A stretch of DNA of 64,000 nucleotides from Octopus sinensis (Eukaryota), in NCBI RefSeq assembly GCF_006345805.1, contig NC_043000.1:41230001-41294000 (forward strand), read 5' to 3'. Positions within the stretch are counted from its first letter, which is position 1, and every line of letters starts with the position of its first letter. Shown here one piece after another: positions 1 through 10,726 of the stretch. A program made the position numbers and the translations under genes. The notes under the pieces were generated by a model that did not search any database, had not been told where the DNA came from, and saw only the letters and a list, made by a program, of their open reading frames with translations.

Positions 1-139
1 AATGTGTAGCTTCACCGCGTATGTATTAGCAAAAATGCGTGTGTGCAACAAAATAGAGAAAAAAAAAACCGTCTTACCTTTCTCTATTTTGTTGCACACA
101 CGCATTTTTGCTAATACATACGCGGTGAAGCTACACATT
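1..139. repeat. Perfect inverted repeat, arms of about 60 bp (left arm cut by window edge)
   Basis: 1-60 is the exact reverse complement of 80-139, with a spacer of under 20 nt. Confidence 0.9.
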
Positions 140-197
140 AGCGTCGTATTTTTACGTTCGCTATTTCCAGTAAATATCGGTACTTAGTTGTGCCATT

Positions 198-273
<76 letters not shown>

Positions 274-311
274 AAATATACACAGTGTATGCGTGTGTGC
301 GTTTATATATA

Positions 312-515
312 TAAAATACAAAATGGGACAAGAACGCAAAACATCCGGACAACTAGGTGATACAAAAAGGAACAACAAAACATCCAGATAGACGATACAA
401 AAAAAACACACAAGGACGGGTCATTCGAAGCTTTCTATTCTCAGTCAAGAACGGTTCATCCACGCAATTTCGGCTGATTAATCTTGAGATTGCTCCAATC
501 TGGCCAGCCTCAAGG

Positions 516-518
<3 letters not shown>
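312..518. mobile_element. Unclassified (TA)n-flanked repeat, family A (other copies about 17351-17665, 18260-18350, 53985-54160, 54700-54940)
   Basis: Shared sequence caaggacgggtcattcgaagctttctat..cagtcaag in several copies and both orientations, next to (TA)n tracts. Confidence 0.7.
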
Positions 519-579
<61 letters not shown>

Positions 580-679
580 CGTGTGTGTGTGTTATTTAAT
601 AGACACAGTACATATTTTTATGTGCTACTAATAGTTTATTTGCCGAGAACATAACAAACAATGTATTATAACATGTCTG

Positions 680-1070
680 ATATCAGAGACAGCGCACATG
701 GCATAACGAACTAAGTTTTGATGTAGATTTGCCAGATTATGCCTTATTTAACATCTTTTGTGTATGATCGTTTCTGTCTAAGCAAGACAGGCTTTAGATG
801 TCATCAGAAAACCTACACGGTCAAGGAAGTTGTTAACTATATTTTATACAGCATCTCTATTTGCTGTCAGTGTGGAAAACAAAGTGAGATATATTGAAAC
901 ATCCTGTGGGAATTTACCAAAACAATTCTGTAGCACCGACAGCAAGAGAGACAACCATCGTTGTCGCAAATTTACCAAAAGATGTGAGTCCCTTGCAGGA
1001 GTGAAAAGCCACATCCGTGTTGCTCATATTCAAGAGAAAAATCAAATGATGGCATTACTCGAAATCGTGT
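680..1070 (+). mobile_element. Decayed 3' end of an RTE-type LINE ORF
   Basis: ORF 830-1159 contains HRCRKFTKRCESLAGVKSHIRVAH, resembling the C-terminal C..C...S..GL.SH.R.H motif of RTE elements; upstream frames are broken. Confidence 0.5.
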
Positions 1071-1312
1071 TGCATTCATTCTGTACGTTTTTAGATAATT
1101 ATTTTGTATGTGTTCGTGTTTGTGTTTTCACAATAAGTATAATACTCTTGTTTTTGTAACTGTATGTATGAATCTATATACGCTTTCATAAGTTTTACTT
1201 GTATACAAACATATATACGCATGTATACGTATGTATCTCTATGCGTGTATTTGCTTGATTATGTGTGCATGTATGTACCCATAAATTGTATGTATGTATG
1301 TTTGTATGTACG

Positions 1313-1346
<34 letters not shown>

Positions 1347-2909
1347 TGTATGTATGTATGTATGTATGTATGTACGAATAACTTTCCCGTATAAGAAAAA
1401 CACTTTCAAAGCAAAAATGTAGTTGAACTACAATAACAATTCAAGGAGAAACATTTAATGTAATAATACGTGACTATAACATTTCAACTTTGGCAATGCA
1501 TGTGACGATTCCTTTTGATGTTTGTTTATATTTGGCGTGACAAGATAAGAGTCAGTCATTTATTGAGTGACAAGTCCCTTTCTTGGCGTCCAACAATGCT
1601 TTTAGGTTACGGGTTGAAGTATTGGAATGTTTTGTACATTTTTCAGTCCCACTGACTCAATGATCCTGTCTTCTGTATGCGGTACCATGTCCATGGAAGA
1701 TTAGAAATTATAAAAAAAATATCGGGTATAATCACTATAAAATCCACTTGGATATGTAAATGGATCTCGGTCGATTTCGACGACGTGTAATCAGTTGTTG
1801 GATCAGCTGGACGCTTAGCTCATTGAATTAACTGACAAAATTCCATGAATGTATGCGCTGTTAAAGCAGTGCTTAAGTATTATCAGCGTCACACTGCATT
1901 TGTGATGGTTAGACATTTGATTTACAAGTATAATCTATCCTAAAGGTTTCTAAAAAGTTTAAGTCTACCGAAATTTCACTCATATGGTTGGGGTCGACTG
2001 GATGTTATGATAAAAAAATACTTACACCAGATGAAACTGAGAGCGAACCCGTGACCTTTTGATAGCGGAACAAGTTTTTGTAAACATATGAAATGGCATG
2101 CTAGATAATAAGATCACAAACTTTAATGATTTGTCTCTAAGGTTTGTTGGGTTGTAACTGCTTTTATTTCATACAATTGATTTGTCATTGTGTTCACTCT
2201 ACTGACAATTTTCTATAAGTGTGAGATATCCTTTTTTCCCTACAAGTTAGGCCATCATCGTAAATTTTGAACATTTTAAAAGTATTTGAACTCCTTGTGT
2301 TAAAAAGTATTTGTATGAAAAATTCACCATCTTCATTTTCCTACACTAAATGGAATGTAGGAAAATGAAGATGCTGAATTTTTATACTTACACGAAGAAT
2401 GTGCTCGATCGCTTCGAATTTTGAAACACGAAATTAAAGATTTCAAATAATCAAGACAAATACTACTTGAAATACAGTACACAGCAATATTCAAATACTC
2501 CAACATCAAAGCACACACTGTAAGAAATGTTGTGACATACAACATTATCCATCAACACCTACCGAGATTGATTCAAGTCACAAGAATGAAAGAAAATCAT
2601 TACAAGTACATAAAAAAGATAAAAAACAAAAGGTAAACAAATTCCTTTTACCAGCGCCAAATTTCCCGCTAAAACGTTTGATATATGCTTTTAAATGTAA
2701 TGGATGTAATGAACATTACGTAGGACTAAAAAATTTTTTAATAATATTCAAAAGCAACAAATATGGTATAGCTCCAGCTCACATTCTTTTCGAAAGAAAG
2801 TAATGTAAAAAAAATATTTTTAAAATCTCCAACTGCATAGGAAGTTTCTTTTCCGAATACATACATACATGCATACATACATAGATACATACATGCATAC
2901 ATACCCCCA

Positions 2910-2993
<84 letters not shown>

Positions 2994-3009
2994 ATAGTAT
3001 ATATATATA

Positions 3010-3215
3010 GTTAATCCAAACAAGAAAGCACAAAAAAACACAACAACGCGAGGACGTGGAACAAATATAGTATTATTGGACGCTCAGGAAAGAAGGAAAG
3101 AAGGAGGGTTTAAAGTTTCGAGCGGAGCTCTTCGTCAGAAACATAGGAGAAGGAAAGATCCAGAGAAGGGAAGACAGAGGAAAAAAATCGCCAACGGTAC
3201 ACACGAGGTCACGTT
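3010..3215 (-). mobile_element. HHR-bearing Penelope-like (pLTR-type) repeat fragment; second copy 47565-47765
   Basis: Two homologous copies, both abutting (TA)n and both carrying the minimal HHR typical of Penelope-like element termini. Confidence 0.55.
3108..3142 (-). ncRNA. Minimal type I hammerhead ribozyme motif (one stem III substitution)
   Basis: Minus strand GTTT CTGACGA A GAGC tcc GCTC GAAA CT TT AAAC: stem I GTTT/AAAC, canonical core, 4-bp stem II. Confidence 0.7.
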
Positions 3216-4113
3216 TATATATATATATATGTATGTATACACATACTGATAGTTATGCGTACTTCCAAAATGTGTTTTAGTTAGAACAGCAGCACATGCT
3301 CTGTAAAAGTAAGCTGTTCCCAAAATGAAGCTGTTGCTACACGTCAATCGAAACTGAATTAGCACAAGATTTATTGATGGGAAAAAAATGAAAAAAGAAA
3401 ACAGAAAAAAAAAAACTACTTTCACCGTAAATGTATAACCTGTGTTTTCGGGCTTGTGTCCCATCCCAAAGCTGTTCTATTTTAATGACGCAAACTATAA
3501 TTCCGAAATCTCAAAATATCCAAAATAAATTCGATTCAAGTGAAGGATCATCAATATTAAAGCACATTTTCAAATACTATAAATGATTGAAAACAATGAA
3601 TTCTTTCGTTATTTCACATTGAAATTAGTTTATATTTCTAAAACATTCAGGGTTTATGCTCCATGAATCAATTGATAATTTTTTTAAATGATTAAATTTG
3701 AAATTTCATGAAAAAATTAGCATAATACGCGAATATTTTAGAAATATAAAATTTAAATAAGAAGCAATAACTTCTGTTTTAAGTGCTATCCGAAGACGAG
3801 TGCTAATGTTATGAGAGTATATTTAATATTTTAGTTTCAAATTTTGGTACAAGGCCAGCATGTTCGGGGAAGGGTGAAGTCCATTACCCCAGTACTCGAC
3901 TGTTATTTTGTCGATCGCGAAAGATAAATAGCAAAGTCGACTTCAGCGGAATTTGAACTCGGATCGTCAAGACGAGTGAAATATGCCAAGCATTTTGCCT
4001 GAGGTGCTTAATTTAAGAACCAGCTGCGTACTGAGGTCGATCTAATCGACTGGCTCCCTCTCCAAAAGTTTCAGGCCTTGTGTCTAGAATAGAAAAGATC
4101 ATTATTATTATAA

Positions 4114-4320
4114 AAGCGACGGTTGGCAGAATCGTTAGCACGCCGGGCAAAATGCTTAGCGGCATTTCGTCCTTTATGTTCTAAGTTCAAATTCCGCCGA
4201 GGTCGACTTCGCCTTTCATCCTTTCGGGGTCGATAAATTAAGTATCAGTAAAAACACTGGGGTCGGTGTAATCGTCAAGTCCCCTCCCCCAAATTTCAGG
4301 CCTTGTGCCTTTAATAGAAA
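4114..4320 (+). mobile_element. tRNA-derived SINE family 1
   Basis: A-box-like tggcagaatcgttag, B-box-like gttcaaattcc, conserved core gcctttcatcctttcggggtcgataaattaagta, (ATT)n tail. Confidence 0.8.
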
Positions 4321-4374
4321 CTATTATTATTATCATTATTATTATTATTATTATTATTATTAATAGTAATAATG

Positions 4375-4444
<70 letters not shown>

Positions 4445-4573
4445 TTGTTGTTGGTGGTGGTAGTAGTAGTAGTAGTGTTGTTGTTGGTGGTGGTAGTAGT
4501 AGTAGTAGTAGAAGTTAAACACAAACATAAAAAATAATTTTGAAAGAACTGTATATTTATTTTATATATTTAG

Positions 4574-4611
<38 letters not shown>

Positions 4612-4758
4612 ATAACACCAAGTAAGTCAGGGGTTGAGAATCCAACCCACTAAGGGATAATATTTATCCAATATACTGTTGGTATAATAACCAAATTATT
4701 AAAGTCAACATTCTAAAGCTGATGAACCGACTAAATTGTTTCTCCATTTTCTTATTTG

Positions 4759-4794
<36 letters not shown>

Positions 4795-5003
4795 CAATAA
4801 TAATTCTCTAAACGAGATATAAACAGTAACTGCTCCATAACATAAGGGACATCAGCCATCTGAATGTGGCTAGGGACAGGGCAGGGCGGTGGGGGTGTTA
4901 CTGATGCATTTAGCCCCAGGCGATCATCAACGTCACCAGGAGGGCTGACACCATCACGGTGTCCTCTAGCCTGCAAAGGGAGATCATTCCCCGAAGAAGC
5001 GGA

Positions 5004-5056
5004 TGCCACATACGGACCTAGGTTTCAAGGTGTTTGCCTATTATCAACGCATGGCA
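5004..5056 (-). ncRNA. Type I hammerhead ribozyme, U3-A8 core variant (copy 1)
   Basis: Reverse complement of the motif at 5225-5277. Confidence 0.8.
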
Positions 5057-5224
5057 GGCACCGCTCCTCGACGAATAACTCTCTGTGTAGGCTATATTTA
5101 AAGATTTTCACAGTAAATACATTTACTAATGTAGAAAATCCGTTCGAAAGCAATAATAATTCTCTAAACGAGATATAAACAGTAACTGCTCCATAACATA
5201 AGGGACATCAGCCAGAGCGGTGCC

Positions 5225-5277
5225 TGCCATGCGTTGATAATAGGCAAACACCTTGAAACCTAGGTCCGTATGTGGCA
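5225..5277 (+). ncRNA. Type I hammerhead ribozyme, U3-A8 core variant (copy 2); predicted cleavage after GUC at 5266
   Basis: tgcCATGCG TTGATAA t AGG caaaca CCT t GAAA CCTAGG TC CGTATG tggca: 6-bp stem I, core UUGAUAA, 3-bp stem II, palindromic stem III ACCTAGGT, GUC triplet. Confidence 0.8.
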
Positions 5278-5580
5278 TCCGCTTCTTCGGGGAATGATCT
5301 CCCTTTGCAGGCTAGAGGACACCGTGATGGTGTCAGCCCTCCTGGTGACGTTGATGATCGCCTGGGGCTAAATGCATCAGTAACACCCCCACCGCCCTGC
5401 CCTGTCCCTAGCCACATTCAGATGGCTGATGTCCCTTATGTTATGGAGCAGTTACTGTTTATATCTCGTTTAGAGAATTATTATTGCTTTCGAACGGATT
5501 TTCTACATCAGTAAATGTATTTACTGTGAAAATCTTTAAATATAGCCTACACAGAGAGTTATTCGTCGAGGAGCGGTGCC

Positions 5581-5633
5581 TGCCATGCGTTGATAATAGG
5601 CAAACACCTTGAAACCTAGGTCCGTATGTGGCA
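5581..5633 (+). ncRNA. Type I hammerhead ribozyme, U3-A8 core variant (copy 3); predicted cleavage after 5622
   Basis: Identical to 5225-5277 and 356 bp downstream. Confidence 0.8.
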
Positions 5634-6310
5634 TCCGCTTCTTCGGGGAATGATCTCCCTTTGCAGGCTAGAGGACACCGTGATGGTGTCAGCCCTCCTG
5701 GTGACGTTGATGATCGCCTGGGGCTAAATGCATCAGTAACACCCCCATCGCCCTGCCCTGTCCCTAGCCACATTCAGATGGCTGATGTCCCTTATGTTAT
5801 ATATATATATATGAATTATATCTATTCTGGAGGCGGCTGGTCGTAGTAGTCATCGCCTCTATACAAGCAGTCATGACGAAAATTGTTGTGGTAATGGTGC
5901 TCGCTGCCATTGTAGATGTGGTGGTGATGGTAGCAGCGGCTGTGATTATTGTGTTTGTTAGTGTATTGGTAATATACGACCGGGATGCTGAGCTTTGTGA
6001 TGATAATGATCACAACAGTGGTTATTTTGCTAGTACTGATCGTGTTGATGGTGAATGTTACAGGGGTGGTTGCAGAAGTGATAGTTGTGATAACGATAAT
6101 GCTACAGATAATACTGAAATAGTGATTGTGTTGGTAATTGTAATGGTCATTTTTGGTCGTAGTGGTTGCATTGCTGGCTTTAGTTGCTAGGATCGTATTG
6201 ACCTTAATAATGAGGTGAGACGGGTGGTGATGGTGGTGCTTGTAGTGGCGATAGCTGTAGTGATAGTAGTGAAAGTTGTTGAGGTATTTACTGAAGTAAT
6301 GGTGTTTATC

Positions 6311-6785
6311 TATTTCTTTATTACCCACAAGGAGCTAAACATAGAGGGGACAAACAAGGACAGACAAACGGACTAAGTCGATTATATCGACCCCGGTGCG
6401 TAACTGGTACTTAATTTATCTAACCCGAAAGGATGAAAGGCAAAGTCGACCTCGGCGGAATTTGAACTCAGAACATAACGGCAGACGAAATACGGCTACG
6501 CATTTCGCCCGGCGTGCTAACGTTTCTGCCATCTCGCCGCCTTTTAATACATATTTCTTTACTACCCACAAGGGGCTAAACATAGAGGAGACAAACAAGG
6601 ACAGACAAAAGGATTAAGTCGATCACATCGATCCCAGTGCGTAACTGGTACTTAATTTATCTACCCCGAAAGAATGAAAGGTAAAGTCGACCTCGGCGAA
6701 ATTTGAACTCAGAACATAACGGCAGACGAAAAACGGCTACGCATTTCGCCCGGCGTGCTAACGGTCCTGCCAGCTCGCCGCCTTG
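6311..6785 (-). mobile_element. SINE family 1, two tandem copies
   Basis: Two reverse-complement copies ending in ctcgccgcct, with the family core and tail. Confidence 0.85.
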
Positions 6786-7167
6786 CAACTGAAGTAATGG
6801 TGTTTATCGTAAAAATGGCAATGCTATCACTTATTTTTCATCTCAGCTAACACCATCCTTGAAAAATTACACAAACATCACTACTCCATCGCTTTGCGTC
6901 AAAAAACACCATATCTGCAATCAGCCCCCGCCGCGTTCAACACCGTCGACCCCAATAGCTACTTGTGGTTCTGTTTGTGGTGTTTTGGAGTGGTGTGTTG
7001 GCCGTGGCTGAGGTGTTGGAGAGACATTGGTGATTGTTGCAGAAATGGTGGCAGTAACAGTGAGAGGATGGGGGCAGTGAGTGATGTGCTGTTGGAGTTG
7101 GGGAGGATCACTTTGTTGCGGTCACTATTGTAATATAGCTGCTTGTGAAGGTAAGAGAAGTTTTGAG

Positions 7168-7268
7168 ATTCTTCTTCTTCTTCTTCTTCTCTTCTTCTTC
7201 TTCTTCTTCTTCTTCTTCTTCTTCTTCTTCTTCTTCTTCTAAATATTATTATTATTATTATTATTATT

Positions 7269-7301
<33 letters not shown>

Positions 7302-7302
7302 A
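7168..7302. repeat. Compound microsatellite (TTC)n(TAT)n(TGT)n
   Basis: Direct reading. Confidence 0.95.
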
Positions 7303-7306
7303 TTTA

Positions 7307-7882
7307 AGGCGGCGAGCTGACAGAAACGTTAGCACGCCGGGCGAAATACTTAACGGTATTCCGTCTGCGTTACGTTGTGAGTTCGAATTCCGCCGAGGTC
7401 GACTTTGCCTTTCATCCTTTCGGGGTCGATAAATTAAGTACCAGTTACGCACTGGGGTCGATGTAATCGACATAATACCTATGTATGTCCTTGTTTGTCC
7501 CCTCTGTGTTTAGCCCCTTGTGGGTAATAAAGAAATAGGTATTTCGTCTGCCGCTACGTTCTGAGTTCAAATTCCGCCTAGGTCGACTTTGCCTTTCATC
7601 CTTTCGGGGTCGAATAAATAAGTACCAGTTACGCACTGGCGTCGATATAATCGACTTAATCCGTTTGTCTGTCCTTGTTCGTCCACTCTGTGTTTAGCTC
7701 CTTGTGGGTAGTAAAGAAATAGGTATTTCGCCCTCGCTACGTTCTGAGTTCAAATTCCGCCGAGGTCGACTTTGCCTTTCATTCTTTCGAGATCGATAAA
7801 CTAAATACCAGTTGCGTACTGGAGCAATATAATCGACTGATCCTTCGCCCAAAATTTCAGGCCTTGTGCCTATAATAGAAAG
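7307..7882 (+). mobile_element. SINE family 1, trimeric array
   Basis: Head ggcggcgagctgacagaaacgttag, then the core is repeated three times, restarting at ggtatttcg after each tail. Confidence 0.85.
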
Positions 7883-7898
7883 GATTATTATTATTATT

Positions 7899-8373
7899 GA
7901 GTGAGAGAGCAGTGGGGTAAAATATACGAAGTCCAGTATACCCATCATGACTACCCATCTGATAAGGGTACACCAGGCACATGCATCACAACCATATGTG
8001 CCCGACATGGTGATCTCATATGTGGGGCCCAGTTAGAATTTTCTTCTGGTCGAGTAACCCATCCTGCTCCAAAGGTCCCTGAGTAAGGGTTGTTTATGGA
8101 TGTTGAACGAAACACCCATGTTTCCAGAGGTGAATTATTCAAACCCCAAAGAATCCCTCTCAACACATGGCTATGATACTCCCCCACTACTTCTGCTCGT
8201 GATCAGAGATGCACATATCATCAGCCACTAAGGGACATGCTCAACTGGTTAAGGTCAAACAACTGACAAGCAAATCTGTGGTATTGAGCAGAATATTTGC
8301 TGTAGCCCATCTTTTATACCAAGACAAAACAATGTACATGATAACACTTCCAATCAGTTAAGATCAGAAGCCA
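7899..8373. mobile_element. Unclassified repeat of about 500 bp between (TAT)n tracts; second copy 12351-12863
   Basis: Two highly similar copies, both directly after a family 1 SINE and ending gatcagaagccat before (TAT)n. Confidence 0.75.
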
Positions 8374-8386
8374 TTTATTATTATTA

Positions 8387-8429
<43 letters not shown>

Positions 8430-8743
8430 TTCATGGAGACCTGATGGTGAAGATTGTTGTAGAGATAGTAACGACGGCAGTGGTTATGAGGGATATGGTG
8501 GTACAGCCTTTTAGGAACCACTACCAACAGCAACGATAACATCTATGTGTGATTGTGTAGTGTATATATATATATATACATTAACACATACATGCATGCA
8601 CACATGCATACATGCGTACATACATAAATATATATATATATATGTACCATATATATATATAAGGATGAAAAGGAACACACGAGTTGATATATATGAAAAA
8701 ACAAGTCAAGATAGAAAATGCTAAAATAATTTTATAAAGAACA

Positions 8744-8786
8744 TTTCAGTACCGGTTTCGGTCATTTGAGACATTTTCAACTGTAA
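8744..8786 (-). ncRNA. Minimal type I hammerhead motif, U3-A8 variant
   Basis: Minus strand ttaCAG TTGAAAA t GTC tcaaat GAC c GAAA CCGG TA CTGaaa: palindromic stem III ACCGGT, GUA triplet. Confidence 0.65.
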
Positions 8787-9299
8787 CGATTAAATAATTA
8801 AATTTAGAAAAATTAAAAGAAAAGTTCTTTTAAAAGAATATTTGTATAGTGTTCAAATATAAGTGGCATTTTCCTTGTTTCTGCCTTTCTCTGTCTCTCT
8901 TGTTTACACTTGTGGGTTCCATATATATACATACATATATATATATGTATGTATGCATGTATGAATGTATGTATGTATGTATGTATGTATGTATACATAC
9001 ATGGTTTCATGAGTGTATGAGTGTCTACATGTACATATATGTGTGCGCTATGTATGTGAATGTACGTTGCTTTGTAGGTTGATGGGTGGGAAGGAGAAGG
9101 GAAAGCTTACCCGTGCACGTGCGAGTGTATAAAAATTGTTTGGGGTGGGGTGTTTATTCCTTGTCAGTTGGGAAACGCCGCCTTCATTGTCATTCTTGTT
9201 TATTAACAATATTAAAGCCTTTTGTGTCCTGTTCCCCACCACACTTTCCTAAACACATAACAACGTCACCACCATCATCAGTATCATTATTATAATTAC

Positions 9300-9366
9300 T
9301 AACATCATCATCACCATCATCATCATCATCATAATCATCATCATTCTCGTCGTGATCATCATCACC

Positions 9367-9414
<48 letters not shown>

Positions 9415-9890
9415 TTCTCTTCTTCTTCTTCTTCTTCTTCTTCTTCTTCTTCTCCTTCTTCTTCTAGCTCTCCATCTTCCTCTGCTTCTGTCACCTCCTC
9501 CTTGTATCATCTAGGTCATCATCAGTAGCGTCATGATCGGGATCCCCATTCTGTCTCCTCCTCCTCCTCCTCCTCTTCCCACTCCTTCTCCTCCATCATC
9601 ATCATCATCATCATCACAATGTTGTGCACTTCATTGAAGTTGAATATTGTTGTTTGTATGTTCATTTTTTTTGTTTTTGAAGTCGAGAGAGCGGGGAGGT
9701 ATTTTTCTTTTTATATTTTTCTCATAATATTGTTTCCCTCTCCCATTTGGTGTTAAATCCACACCAACGCCACCACTACATTGCAGCTTGTCCACCTAAA
9801 TATCTTCCACAGTCGTCCCTCTTCTAGCAATAAATGGAATCATCAGCATCATTGTCGTCATAATCCTCCTCCTCCTCCTCCTCCTCCACC

Positions 9891-9924
<34 letters not shown>

Positions 9925-9967
9925 CATCATCATCATCATCATCATCGTCATCATCATCATCATCATT

Positions 9968-10006
<39 letters not shown>

Positions 10007-10018
10007 GTCATCATCATC

Positions 10019-10050
<32 letters not shown>

Positions 10051-10081
10051 CATCATCATCACCATAATCGTCATCTTATGT

Positions 10082-10163
<82 letters not shown>
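9300..10163. repeat. Trinucleotide microsatellite cluster (CAT)n, (CTT)n, (CCT)n, (TAT)n
   Basis: Direct reading; source of the poly-His, poly-Asp and poly-Met pseudo-ORFs. Confidence 0.95.
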
Positions 10164-10164
<1 letters not shown>

Positions 10165-10165
<1 letters not shown>

Positions 10166-10375
10166 GGCGACGAGGTGGTAGAGTCATTAGCACGCCGGAC
10201 AAAATGCTTAGGAGCATTTCGTCCATCTTTACGTTCTGACTTCAAATTCCTCCGAGGTCGACTTTGCCTTGCATGCGTCTGGGATCTATGAAATAAGTAC
10301 CAGTTTAATACTGGGGAGCGATGTAACCGGCTTTTCCGCTCACTCAAAATTGCTGGTCTTGTGCCAAAATTCGAA
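10165..10375 (+). mobile_element. SINE family 1, diverged copy
   Basis: Similarity to family head and core. Confidence 0.7.
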
Positions 10376-10663
10376 GCCTATGTCTGTCTACCTCTCTCTC
10401 TCTCTTGCTGTCTATCTGTCTGTCTCTGTCTCTGTATCTCTCTCTCACTCTCTCTCTCTCCATCCACTTTTCCACCACCCTGTCATTGTGTCCTTTCATT
10501 CCAAATCGTCTACCCAATTCCTCCACTCCTAAAGCGCCTTCCATTACCTTCTCTTTCTTCCACATCTAACTTCAAACACAGACGCACGCACGTACACACA
10601 CACACACACATACACAGACACACACGTACAAATGTTTACACAAACACTCTGCATATACGCATG

Positions 10664-10726
<63 letters not shown>

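Larger units (their letters stand above)
4793..5800. mobile_element. 356-bp HHR-containing unit, tandem and inverted (retrozyme-like or Penelope pLTR-like)
   Basis: 4793-5214 is about 1.2 units in one orientation and 5215-5800 about 1.65 units inverted; period 356 (4793/5149, 5225/5581); copies almost identical; (TA)n on both flanks. Confidence 0.85.

Noticed and set aside
4719-4745. CTGATGA motif (also at 52321)
   Set aside because: No properly placed GAAA or closing stems
4761-5846. Repeated ORFs MWLGTGQ.. and MASASSG..
   Set aside because: Short, overlapping on both strands and without a recognisable domain; by-products of the 356-bp repeat
5822-6328. 168-aa His/Thr-rich ORF
   Set aside because: Degenerate (GTG/GAT)n low-complexity sequence
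9781-10239. Poly-His/poly-Pro ORF and the many YI, CV and HT-rich ORFs in the window
   Set aside because: Translations of microsatellites
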